Of a stretch of DNA of 64,000 nt, positions 9,041 to 17,262 are shown piece after piece. The notes below the pieces were generated by a model. That model saw nothing but the letters and a program-made list of their open reading frames with translations. It was not told the DNA's origin and searched no databases. Both the position numbers and the translations under genes were made by a program. The stretch lies in IMG/VR virus record IMGVR_UViG_2681812969_000001, positions 4,448 through 68,447 of that record; one strand, given 5' to 3'. Numbering within the stretch: the stretch's first letter is position 1; each line of letters starts with the position of its first letter. This DNA is from a virus.

Positions 9041-9931
9041 CTAGCCAGCGAGGAATGTGATGTCGTCGTATGAGGCGGTGTACGCGGCGGCCGTCGAGGA
9101 CGGTCGCGCCACGAAACCCAAGTAGCCGGCGGTTGTCTTCGACGGGTTGACCGTCAGGTCCCAACCCGCCGGCTCTGACGCAGACGCGGCCCACGACTTC
9201 GCTTGCACCGTTCCGCCAGCGGCCGCGATCTTCACCTTGTAGTCGACTCCGGTTGTCCATGTCCTGGGTGTCTCTCCGAGGGTTGTTTCGGTCCAGTTCA
9301 CCGACTCCGCGATCGAGAGTGACGACCCGAAAGTCCCGACGGCGATTCCGTTCCCGGGGTCCAAGTCGGTTTCATCGGAACGCAGCACGAACCGCGCGTA
9401 GACGCTGTTCACGCGGCGGAACGTGTAGGTGATGGTGAAGTTTGCCATTGACGTCTGGTGCCGTACGGCGACGCCATCCTCGGACCCGTAGTTGCCGACG
9501 GCCGCGGCGGTCGTGAGGAGGCCACGCCCACCGGAAACGCTGATGGAGCCTCCTGCTGGAAGCGCCGCCTGAACCCACGGGGCGGGCCACCCGGACGTCT
9601 GGTCCGTGCCGAACGACGTGAGTTCTCCGGTGGCGGTCCCGGCCTGCATGGTGGCGGGGATGTGAAAATCGCCTGGCTGCGCGTCGTTCGGTGCGGGAGC
9701 GGCCCCGACCGCGATCACGTAGGAGTACCCGGCCGGACGCGCCCGCCAGTTGGTGGCGGTCGGGGCCGCCTCGTCAGCGGATGAGCGGACGCGGATGGCG
9801 GCGCCACCGAGTGCCGCCTTCAGCGACGGGACGTCGCTGATCACCTCACGCAGATTGTTGTCTGCGGTGTCACCCCACGTCGTCCACGTGCCGCCCTCGT
9901 TCGGCTTGGCCGGCATGTTCTGGTAAGCCAT
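9041..9931 (-). CDS. Tail appendage-like protein (paralog of 4430..5503)
   Basis: MPAKP N-terminus, PTATNWRARPAGY motif and WPAPW..GYLGFV..YDDIT domain shared with neighbours. Confidence 0.7.
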   Translation of the reverse strand: MAYQNMPAKPNEGGTWTTWGDTADNNLREVISDVPSLKAALGGAAIRVRSSADEAAPTATNWRARPAGYSYVIAVGAAPAPNDAQPGDFHIPATMQAGTATGELTSFGTDQTSGWPAPWVQAALPAGGSISVSGGRGLLTTAAAVGNYGSEDGVAVRHQTSMANFTITYTFRRVNSVYARFVLRSDETDLDPGNGIAVGTFGSSLSIAESVNWTETTLGETPRTWTTGVDYKVKIAAAGGTVQAKSWAASASEPAGWDLTVNPSKTTAGYLGFVARPSSTAAAYTASYDDITFLAG

Positions 9932-9934
9932 CGG

Positions 9935-10933
9935 TCACGCTCCGAACGCTGCGCCGTAGTTGATGCCGAACCCGCCGGATGCGGTGGCAGTGATGGTGAT
10001 GTCGTCGTACTGGACGACCTGCGCCGCGCCCGGGGTGGCGCTGGTGCCGGCGACGACGATGCCGAGGTACCCGGCGGTGGTTTTCGCGACGGTCGCGGCG
10101 GTGACGTCCCACCCGGTGGGTTCGGGGTCGGCGAGGGGCCACACGCGGGCTTTCACGGTGGGTCCAGTGGCGTCGATCCGCAGTCGGTAGTCGGCGCCGA
10201 CGGTCAGGGTCTTGGTGGCGGTGGCGATGACGGTCGCTGTGCCCGCGACGACGTCCGAGATCGTCAGCGAGGTGCGGTCGTAGCCGACGCGGACGGCGGT
10301 GTTCGCGCCGAGGTTTGCGACGTCGGAGCGCAGCACGAACCTCGGGCGGGCCGCGTCGCTCTGGTGCCGGAACGTCAACAACACGTTGGTGTTGGTTTGC
10401 ATCCCGGAGCCGTAGCGGATGGCGGCCTGGTCCTCGAACGCGGAGGCACCCAGCGAACCAGTGGTGACGACACCCCGCCCGGCGGCGACGGATGCCCCAC
10501 CGCCCGCGGGGACACGCTCGGTGATCCACGGCGCGGGCCACGACGCACCATCCACCAGGGAGAATGTCGTGGTGACGTCGGTGACTGTGTTGGCGTCACG
10601 GTCCTGGCGCCAATCCAGGGGTCCCGCGTCCGCGGGTGCGGGGGCGGCGCCGACAGCGACGACCGCGGCGAACCCCAGCGGACGCGCGGACCAGTTCGTC
10701 GCGGTCGGGGTCTGCTCGTCAGTGTCGGTGCGCCACCGCGCGGCGACCAGCGACGCCCGGTCCTCATCCGTCAGGCCGCCTCCGCCGCCGTGGCCCTGAA
10801 GCCACAGGTCCACGATCGACTCCACGGCACGCCGGAACGTCGACCCCGCGGTCAGCGCGACTTCGGCCATGTCGTCGGGCAGAAACCGCCGCGACACGAT
10901 GTCCTCACGGCGCCACCCAGACGGTGTGCCCAT
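9935..10933 (-). CDS. Tail appendage-like protein (paralog)
   Basis: ATG at 10933 right after the upstream stop; PTATNWSARP motif and WPAPW..GYLGIV..YDDITIT domain. Confidence 0.7.
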   Translation of the reverse strand: MGTPSGWRREDIVSRRFLPDDMAEVALTAGSTFRRAVESIVDLWLQGHGGGGGLTDEDRASLVAARWRTDTDEQTPTATNWSARPLGFAAVVAVGAAPAPADAGPLDWRQDRDANTVTDVTTTFSLVDGASWPAPWITERVPAGGGASVAAGRGVVTTGSLGASAFEDQAAIRYGSGMQTNTNVLLTFRHQSDAARPRFVLRSDVANLGANTAVRVGYDRTSLTISDVVAGTATVIATATKTLTVGADYRLRIDATGPTVKARVWPLADPEPTGWDVTAATVAKTTAGYLGIVVAGTSATPGAAQVVQYDDITITATASGGFGINYGAAFGA

Positions 10934-10934
10934 G

Positions 10935-13832
10935 TCAGACCTTCCCCCTCGCCCCGGCCCACAGCGCCTTGTATTTCGCGGCGGCGTTCGGCATGTTCGA
11001 CCCGCCGCCCGCGATTCGCAGGGCGTTGCGGATGTAGTCCATGTCCTCGTGGAAGTACGCTTCGACGGCGACGACGTCGCGGTTCTTCCAAATCCAGTCG
11101 TACATGAACTGGATGAACGCTGGGGAGTCGCCGCAGCCCTGCGTGCCGTGGCAGCCCCATTCGTTGATGCACATGCCCTTGCCGTGGGCGCGGGCGAACT
11201 CCGCGACGTTGTCGAGCATGACACCGGAGCCGGAGGTGCGGCGCAAGTACCGGTTCTTGTCGGTGGGGCAGGTCCCGCCGCCCGCGTCCTTGAACTCATA
11301 GATGTCAAGGCCGATCAAGTCGACGACGTCGTCACCGGGGTACGGAATCGACAGGACACCGTTCGCCGCCGACGACCCGGACAGGCCGTTGTCGGAGTTG
11401 ACCTCGAAACAAATCACGAAGTCCTTGCTGATCGACTTGAAGATCTGCGCGTGGCGGCGGAACCCGGCCTTGAAGCTCGCGACATTCGCGGTCGTGACTT
11501 TCCACGTCCAATCGATCTGGATTTCCCACGTCAGGCGGATAATCGAGTTCCCGCGGCCGTACCTCACCAGGTAGTTCGCAGTGTCCCGCGCGATCGAGTC
11601 GTATTTCCCGCTGGCGACGCCCGCCCAGTCGTTCCCGGCCGCCTTCGACAGCGGCGTGTACCCGAAGATCAAGCGGCCCTTGTAACCGTTGGTGAGCCCG
11701 GCGGGCCAGTCTTCCACGAGCCCGGACTGCCCACCATCCCGCGCGCTGTAGGTGACGAACCCGTCGAGGGGGAAACCCATCCACGACTCCATGTCCGCGG
11801 CGGCCTGCGCGTCCATCGGCCGCCCGCACGTGTGTGCCCCGACGTGCCACGGCAGGCCAGATCGGGTCGGGCCGAGGATCCGCATCGCGGCGGACTGTGT
11901 CGTCGGGGGCGTCGGGTTGGTCGGGGTCGTGGTGTCCGTCTCCGGGACCCACGCCGGACCACCCCAGCCGGGCGAGACCGCTTCGAGCTGGTCGAGGGGG
12001 ATGCCCTGGAGGACGGTGTCGACGGAGCGGCCTTGGAGGTAGGTGCCCCACGGGTCGGTCCCGGTCTGCGCTTGCTCACGGGCGCCGGATTCGCAGACGA
12101 GGCCAGGTTTCTCGGCGCCGCCGATGACGACGAGGCCGTACTTCTTCATGGCGGTTCCGACGGCCTTCCCGAGCGGGGTGCACTGCGATAGGTCCGCGGA
12201 TGCCTTGAGTCGGTACCGCTGCCCCATCTTCGGGGCGTTCGCGTCGGTGGAGGTCCCATCGGAGCGGGTCGCGGGCCACACGTACCCGGTCGCGGCGGTG
12301 TCGTAGGCGAGGTTCAAGCCGATGGCGTGCCCGATCGCGTTGACGTTCTGCTGCGTCACCGCGGCCCTCGCCTCGCTGACCTTGATCGCGGCGGCGACGA
12401 ACGAAATCCCAGAGCCGGTGAAACCGGTTCCGGTCGGGAACGCGCCGGTTGAGGTGCCGGCGGAGTCGATACGCCCACCCCACGACGCGGACCACTTCCA
12501 CGTGCCGTCGGTGGCTTGGGTGAGCCCGAGGAACTCCCACACCTGCTTCGTGTCCAGGGACACGATCGCGGCGGTCTTGAACAGATTCGCGGGGGGCGAC
12601 ATGCCGGACGGGATGGGCACGGCGTCGAGGGCTCCGGTCCCGGCCGTGTTGTGCATGAGCGCCACATCGCCGCGCGTGGACGTGGCCGGCGGGGTGATGT
12701 TGACGCGCGGCGTGGACGCGGTGGCCATCCACATCGGGCAGGAGTCCTGGTAGGCGTCGAGTCGCAGAGCCGACGTGGACGCGGTCCCGACCTGGCCGCG
12801 GAGGTAGGTGACGAGCCCCGCGGATGCCTTCGCTGCCGGCGCCGACGACAGGTCGCTGTAGAACACGGAGTTGTTGGCGAACCGCAGTGTGGCGGGGTCG
12901 GTGGTGTCGGTGCCCGCGGGGGGCGGGACCGCGACCGGCGACGACTGCAGCATCACGTCCGTCAGGGTGAGGTCGCCGCTGGTCTTGACGACCTCGACCT
13001 CGACGTCCTTCCACGACGGGATGACGGCTTGCGACGCGGCGGCCCACGTGAACGTCAGGGTCTGCGCCGAGGTGGTGGTGGATTTCGCGACGGCGGCGCA
13101 CCACACCTGAGAGCCGGACAGGAGCCGCACCTGCACCGTGCCCGCAGCGGACGACCGGACTCCGAACAGGGTCACAACCAGGTCGTTCCCAGACGTGGAG
13201 GCGTGCTGGAAGTTCCGCATGTCCAGCTGCAGCCGGACACCGCCGGAGCCGACAGTGGGTGTGCCGGTCGCGGACGTCAGGGTGTCCCCGTCGGACAGGG
13301 CGGCTGCGAGGGTCACCCCGGCGGGGGTGGACCAGGTGCCGTCCTGCAGGAGCACCGCGAACGGCCGGACGGTGGGGGACGGGGTGGAGGTGTCCGCGGC
13401 CGGGGTCCCGGGGTCGGTCGGTGTGGTGCCCGGGTCGGTGCCGCCGCCTCCCGGGGTGCCGCCGATCGTCGTCCACGACGGCCGCCCGGCGGCGATGGCG
13501 GTGCACCACTGGAACACCGTCTGCGACACCCACACGTCGCCGATGGTGAGTCCGTCAGCGACGGCCGGGGCACGGCCGGACGCGAGGGGGGAGAAGTAGA
13601 TGCGGGAGCCCTGCGTGGCGTCCCGGGCGGGGTTGGGCCACGACCCGTCAGACGCTTGCACGACGGAGGTCACGGCGCCGCGCGGGACGATCGCCGACCC
13701 TGACGGCAGAATCCGCCCCAACGCGGCACGGAACAGGCTGGTTCCGTCCGTGGCCTCCTTCGCCATGCGGGCGTCGACGTCCTGCTCACGCACCACGTAC
13801 TGACGGTCAGACTGCACAGGCTGTGTAGACAA
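10935..13832 (-). CDS. Large minor tail protein with C-terminal GH26-like glycoside hydrolase
   Basis: 965-aa ORF with Pro/Thr linkers; C-terminal IRLTWE, YPGDDVVDLIGLDIY, INEWG..GDSPAFI motifs; located in the tail-tip region. Confidence 0.75.
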   Translation of the reverse strand: MSTQPVQSDRQYVVREQDVDARMAKEATDGTSLFRAALGRILPSGSAIVPRGAVTSVVQASDGSWPNPARDATQGSRIYFSPLASGRAPAVADGLTIGDVWVSQTVFQWCTAIAAGRPSWTTIGGTPGGGGTDPGTTPTDPGTPAADTSTPSPTVRPFAVLLQDGTWSTPAGVTLAAALSDGDTLTSATGTPTVGSGGVRLQLDMRNFQHASTSGNDLVVTLFGVRSSAAGTVQVRLLSGSQVWCAAVAKSTTTSAQTLTFTWAAASQAVIPSWKDVEVEVVKTSGDLTLTDVMLQSSPVAVPPPAGTDTTDPATLRFANNSVFYSDLSSAPAAKASAGLVTYLRGQVGTASTSALRLDAYQDSCPMWMATASTPRVNITPPATSTRGDVALMHNTAGTGALDAVPIPSGMSPPANLFKTAAIVSLDTKQVWEFLGLTQATDGTWKWSASWGGRIDSAGTSTGAFPTGTGFTGSGISFVAAAIKVSEARAAVTQQNVNAIGHAIGLNLAYDTAATGYVWPATRSDGTSTDANAPKMGQRYRLKASADLSQCTPLGKAVGTAMKKYGLVVIGGAEKPGLVCESGAREQAQTGTDPWGTYLQGRSVDTVLQGIPLDQLEAVSPGWGGPAWVPETDTTTPTNPTPPTTQSAAMRILGPTRSGLPWHVGAHTCGRPMDAQAAADMESWMGFPLDGFVTYSARDGGQSGLVEDWPAGLTNGYKGRLIFGYTPLSKAAGNDWAGVASGKYDSIARDTANYLVRYGRGNSIIRLTWEIQIDWTWKVTTANVASFKAGFRRHAQIFKSISKDFVICFEVNSDNGLSGSSAANGVLSIPYPGDDVVDLIGLDIYEFKDAGGGTCPTDKNRYLRRTSGSGVMLDNVAEFARAHGKGMCINEWGCHGTQGCGDSPAFIQFMYDWIWKNRDVVAVEAYFHEDMDYIRNALRIAGGGSNMPNAAAKYKALWAGARGKV

Positions 13833-13841
13833 GCGATCTCC

Positions 13842-14303
13842 TTAGAGGGGGAACAAGGCGGCGACGCGGCCGTCGTCGTCGATGACCATGAGCCCGCCAT
13901 CCAGGACGGGGGTGGAGGACACCCAGATGCGTCCGTCGGGGTCTTGCCCGACGTACCGGACGGTGGTGGCGGTCGCCGCGATCGCATCCACCGCTGCCCG
14001 CGCGGCCGTCGCTTGCGCGAGGGCCTGGTCGGCCTCGTCGAGGGCGTTCAGACCGCGGTCGGAGATGACGAGGGTCTCGGTCTCCCCGAACCTCGCGATC
14101 CCGTACTGCAGATCAGCGGTGAAGTTCCGCAGCACCCCGTACGGTCCGGTGCGCAGGGGGCCTTGGACGCCGAGCTGGTCGAACGTCGGCACCGGCTGGC
14201 GCGTCGTGGGGTCGAGCAGGGCCCCGTCGTTCCGGTCCGCGGCGAGCTGGTTGCTGACTCGGTCGACCACGACCCACGGGAACGAATAGCCGAACGCGGC
14301 CAT
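13842..14303 (-). CDS. Minor tail protein
   Basis: MAAFGYSFPW.. start overlaps the upstream stop; called from synteny. Confidence 0.65.
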   Translation of the reverse strand: MAAFGYSFPWVVVDRVSNQLAADRNDGALLDPTTRQPVPTFDQLGVQGPLRTGPYGVLRNFTADLQYGIARFGETETLVISDRGLNALDEADQALAQATAARAAVDAIAATATTVRYVGQDPDGRIWVSSTPVLDGGLMVIDDDGRVAALFPL

Positions 14304-15193
14304 CAGCCGGTCACCCCCCCGTACGCCACCCAATCCAGGTAGCTGAGGTTCCCCGCGTATGCCTTCCAGCCCGCGGCCGTGTTCGTCGGGAGCTTCGCGG
14401 TGATGATCGCCTGCGTCGCCGTAACCGCCCTGTCCTGATAGGACACGTACACCTCCAGCAAAGGGTTCGCCGCTCCCAGCCGCGGCTTGAACAACATCAC
14501 CCGCGGGGTCCACCCGAGGCCGTGGGTGATGGTCGCGGCCCCCGTTGAGGAGAACGTCACATCGAGGGTTGTTCCGGCGACGATCAGCGGGACGGACGGC
14601 ATCGTCGGCATGGCCGGGTCTTTTTCTTTCTCCAGGCCGACGCCGCCGCTGCTCGTGATGACGGCCCGGTAGCGGTCGCCGTTGGGCAGGACGTACGCGG
14701 CCCCGAGCTGCGGGTCCATGCTGGCGGCCTGCAGGGAAGGGGCGTAGCAGGCTTTCCCGGCGTGAACGCGGTAGTCGACGAGGCTGGCGACGGTGGTGGA
14801 GCCTGCGGCGACGGTCGCGACCCCGAGGGGCTGGTAGTCCTCCACGCCGGGCTGCGTGACCCGCCCGACGGGTGACGCCCCGGACATCTGCAGGTACGCG
14901 AGGGTCGTCTTTCGGTTCCCGGAGCCCCAGACGCGGCGCAGGCACACGAGCCACGACATGGTGCCGGACGACGCCGCTGGGAGGCTGATTTTCTCGCCGG
15001 TGAGGGTGTCGCGGACGCCGTGGCCGAGGGTCCAGCCGTCGGTGAGGGCGACCTCCCGCGTGCCGGGTCCCGCGTACAGGCGCAGCGCGTTCGGGGAGGA
15101 GTAGGAGTAGGGGGTGCCGAGGTGCGCGGCGATTCCCGCCCACTCGCCTTCGTTGATGCTGTCGGTGCCGTACCCGACAGACACGATCGCCAC
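14303..15193 (-). CDS. Minor tail (baseplate upper-like) protein
   Basis: MAIVSVGYGTDSINEGEWA N-terminus typical of actinophage third minor tail genes; synteny. Confidence 0.75.
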   Translation of the reverse strand: MAIVSVGYGTDSINEGEWAGIAAHLGTPYSYSSPNALRLYAGPGTREVALTDGWTLGHGVRDTLTGEKISLPAASSGTMSWLVCLRRVWGSGNRKTTLAYLQMSGASPVGRVTQPGVEDYQPLGVATVAAGSTTVASLVDYRVHAGKACYAPSLQAASMDPQLGAAYVLPNGDRYRAVITSSGGVGLEKEKDPAMPTMPSVPLIVAGTTLDVTFSSTGAATITHGLGWTPRVMLFKPRLGAANPLLEVYVSYQDRAVTATQAIITAKLPTNTAAGWKAYAGNLSYLDWVAYGGVTG

Positions 15194-15200
15194 TAGTCGA

Positions 15201-16322
15201 TCACCTCGTTCTCATGTCGCGGATGGAGCGGGCGAGCCGGTTGATGGTGGTGCGGAGGGTCACGGATGGGTCGTCGGAGCGTTCCCCGACGATCGGTGTC
15301 ACCTTCAGGCCGTCTTGGGTGTCCCACACGATTTGTGCTTCGCGGAGGGTGTCGGTCACCGTCACCCCGGGGGCGACTTGCACGGTCACGGTGTCCCCGA
15401 CCCGCACGGACTTCCCGTACCGGAAACCGGCGGTCTCGGCGAGCGTGAGGGTCAACCCGGTGGTGGCGTCGCCTTCCGCCAACGTCTCGTTGCCGCGTTC
15501 GGCGTGGACCGCGGGGTCTTCGGTGTCGCGGGCGTCCCTGAACACCTCGATCGTCTCGCCCCACAGCTGCTCGCGGTCCGTGTCGATCACCGACAGGAAC
15601 TCACGCGCCGTGCCTTCGCCCTGGCCGCCGACCACAACGCGGGTCGCGGACGGGGCCTGACTCGACCAGGCCCAGTCCACGAGAGCCCCGGATTCCTCCG
15701 AGATGACCTGCGGCCGGACGGTCGGGGTGTAGCAGTCCACCACGAGCCCCGCGCCGGACTGCCGCACGGTGACGCCGACGCCGGCGGTTTCGAGGAGCGG
15801 CAGGACCCGGTCAGCGATCGGGTGCATGCGCAGGGTGGCGGTGACGCGGCCTCCGCGGCCCGCGTCCGCGGCGACGGTGATGGGCGGCTGCGAGCGGCCC
15901 TTGTTCGCGTTGACGACAGTCTTGAGGACGGTTTCGGCGGGGCCGGTGACCGTGTGGTACGCGGTCGCCGCGCCCTGCGCATCGATGGCCCCGGCAGGGT
16001 TCGGCCAGCCGAGCAGCCGCGTCAGCAGCCGGAAGTCATCGTCGATCGTGACCGTCAGCGTGCCCTCCCTGCGTGGCCCGTCGCCCTCCGCCGCGGACAC
16101 CCGCCCTGACATCACCAGCTCGCCGAGGTAGTGCACGGTCATGCGTGCGCCGGAGTCCATCAGGTACGGCACCCGCAGGTCGTCGGTGGGGACGGTGACC
16201 TTGCAGTACCCGGTCGACAGATGCCGGGGAACTAGTTCGACACGCAGGGGCGCGCCGATCCACCCGATCCGCTGAAACGCCCGCGTGTACACGGTCAACG
16301 TGAACGGCGATAGGCCAGTCAC
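15201..16322 (-). CDS. Minor tail protein (Tal/hub, ReqiPepy6 Gp37-like)
   Basis: ATRVVVGGQGEG.AR, EVFRDAR, FRYG..VRVGDTVTV motifs; second gene after the tape measure. Confidence 0.85.
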   Translation of the reverse strand: MTGLSPFTLTVYTRAFQRIGWIGAPLRVELVPRHLSTGYCKVTVPTDDLRVPYLMDSGARMTVHYLGELVMSGRVSAAEGDGPRREGTLTVTIDDDFRLLTRLLGWPNPAGAIDAQGAATAYHTVTGPAETVLKTVVNANKGRSQPPITVAADAGRGGRVTATLRMHPIADRVLPLLETAGVGVTVRQSGAGLVVDCYTPTVRPQVISEESGALVDWAWSSQAPSATRVVVGGQGEGTAREFLSVIDTDREQLWGETIEVFRDARDTEDPAVHAERGNETLAEGDATTGLTLTLAETAGFRYGKSVRVGDTVTVQVAPGVTVTDTLREAQIVWDTQDGLKVTPIVGERSDDPSVTLRTTINRLARSIRDMRTR

Positions 16323-16323
16323 G

Positions 16324-17256
16324 TCAGCCCCAGGCCCGGTAGTAGAGGGGGTCGAGGGTGGCCTGCACCGCGGACCCGCCTGTCGCGGACAGCGACAGCG
16401 TGACGGCGGTCCCGGGCGGGATCGCCGCGAACGTGCTTGGTCCGAGCTGGCCGGTGCGGTCAACGACGGCGCCAGCAGCGGTGTACACCATGGCGGTCAT
16501 CGCCGACGGGCGCGTGTCGATCACGAGGGACTCGCCGTCAGCGATCGCGAACGGAACCTGCACGGTCCCGCCAGGCAGCCCGACGGTCGCTGACGAGGAG
16601 GGGCCGGGGATGGTCCACACCGGGTAGGCGTGGACGTCGCCGGGGTTACGCATCACCGCGGTCCCCATGTCCAGCGCCCCGGAGATCGAGAACGGAGGCC
16701 CCGGCAGGAACCCCTCACCAGTGGACTTGCCCCACTCGACCCGCACCGAGGAGCCGTGCCACCACGGGTCCTCCGCGACCATCCGCACCCCGTACAGGTC
16801 CCAGCCGCGGCGGGACGGGTCCGCCGAGAACGAATGGTCACCGTCGTCAACGAACCGGCACCGCAGCCTGCGGACCGCGTTCGACGTGGCGAACTCCCAC
16901 CAGCCCTCCACGTCCGGCCGGAAGCTGCGCCACAGCCGGGCGTCCCGCTCAAGCCAGTCCGCCGTCCCCTTGTCCGACCACACAAACAACGGCCAGAACA
17001 CGCCGCGCTCCTCCACACGGTGACCGCGCCACCTGGACCCGTGCACCGCCGGCGACGTGCTGGTGTACCGCTGCACCGGCGGCATCCCCAGGCCCCGCAC
17101 ACCGTCCTGGACGAGCATCACCCCGTCCGTCGCCGGATTCAGCAAGTCGATCGGATCCTGCCCGTCCGCCGTCCACGTCGACCGCGCCACCCCCGGCCAC
17201 GGGATCGGCGCCGGCGGAGGAGGAAGCGGCTTCGGGGACGCGACAAGAACACCCAC
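16324..17256 (-). CDS. Distal tail protein (Dit)
   Basis: VRGLGMPP..G.RWRG..R.VFWP and AEDPWW..NPGDV.AYPVW motifs; first gene after the tape measure. Confidence 0.85.
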   Translation of the reverse strand: MGVLVASPKPLPPPPAPIPWPGVARSTWTADGQDPIDLLNPATDGVMLVQDGVRGLGMPPVQRYTSTSPAVHGSRWRGHRVEERGVFWPLFVWSDKGTADWLERDARLWRSFRPDVEGWWEFATSNAVRRLRCRFVDDGDHSFSADPSRRGWDLYGVRMVAEDPWWHGSSVRVEWGKSTGEGFLPGPPFSISGALDMGTAVMRNPGDVHAYPVWTIPGPSSSATVGLPGGTVQVPFAIADGESLVIDTRPSAMTAMVYTAAGAVVDRTGQLGPSTFAAIPPGTAVTLSLSATGGSAVQATLDPLYYRAWG

Positions 17257-17262
17257 GAGCGG

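Noticed and set aside
4430..10933. Diversity-generating retroelement or invertible tail-fibre cassette
   Set aside because: Paralogs are similar only at protein level; no reverse transcriptase, invertase, near-identical TR/VR pair or inverted cassette.
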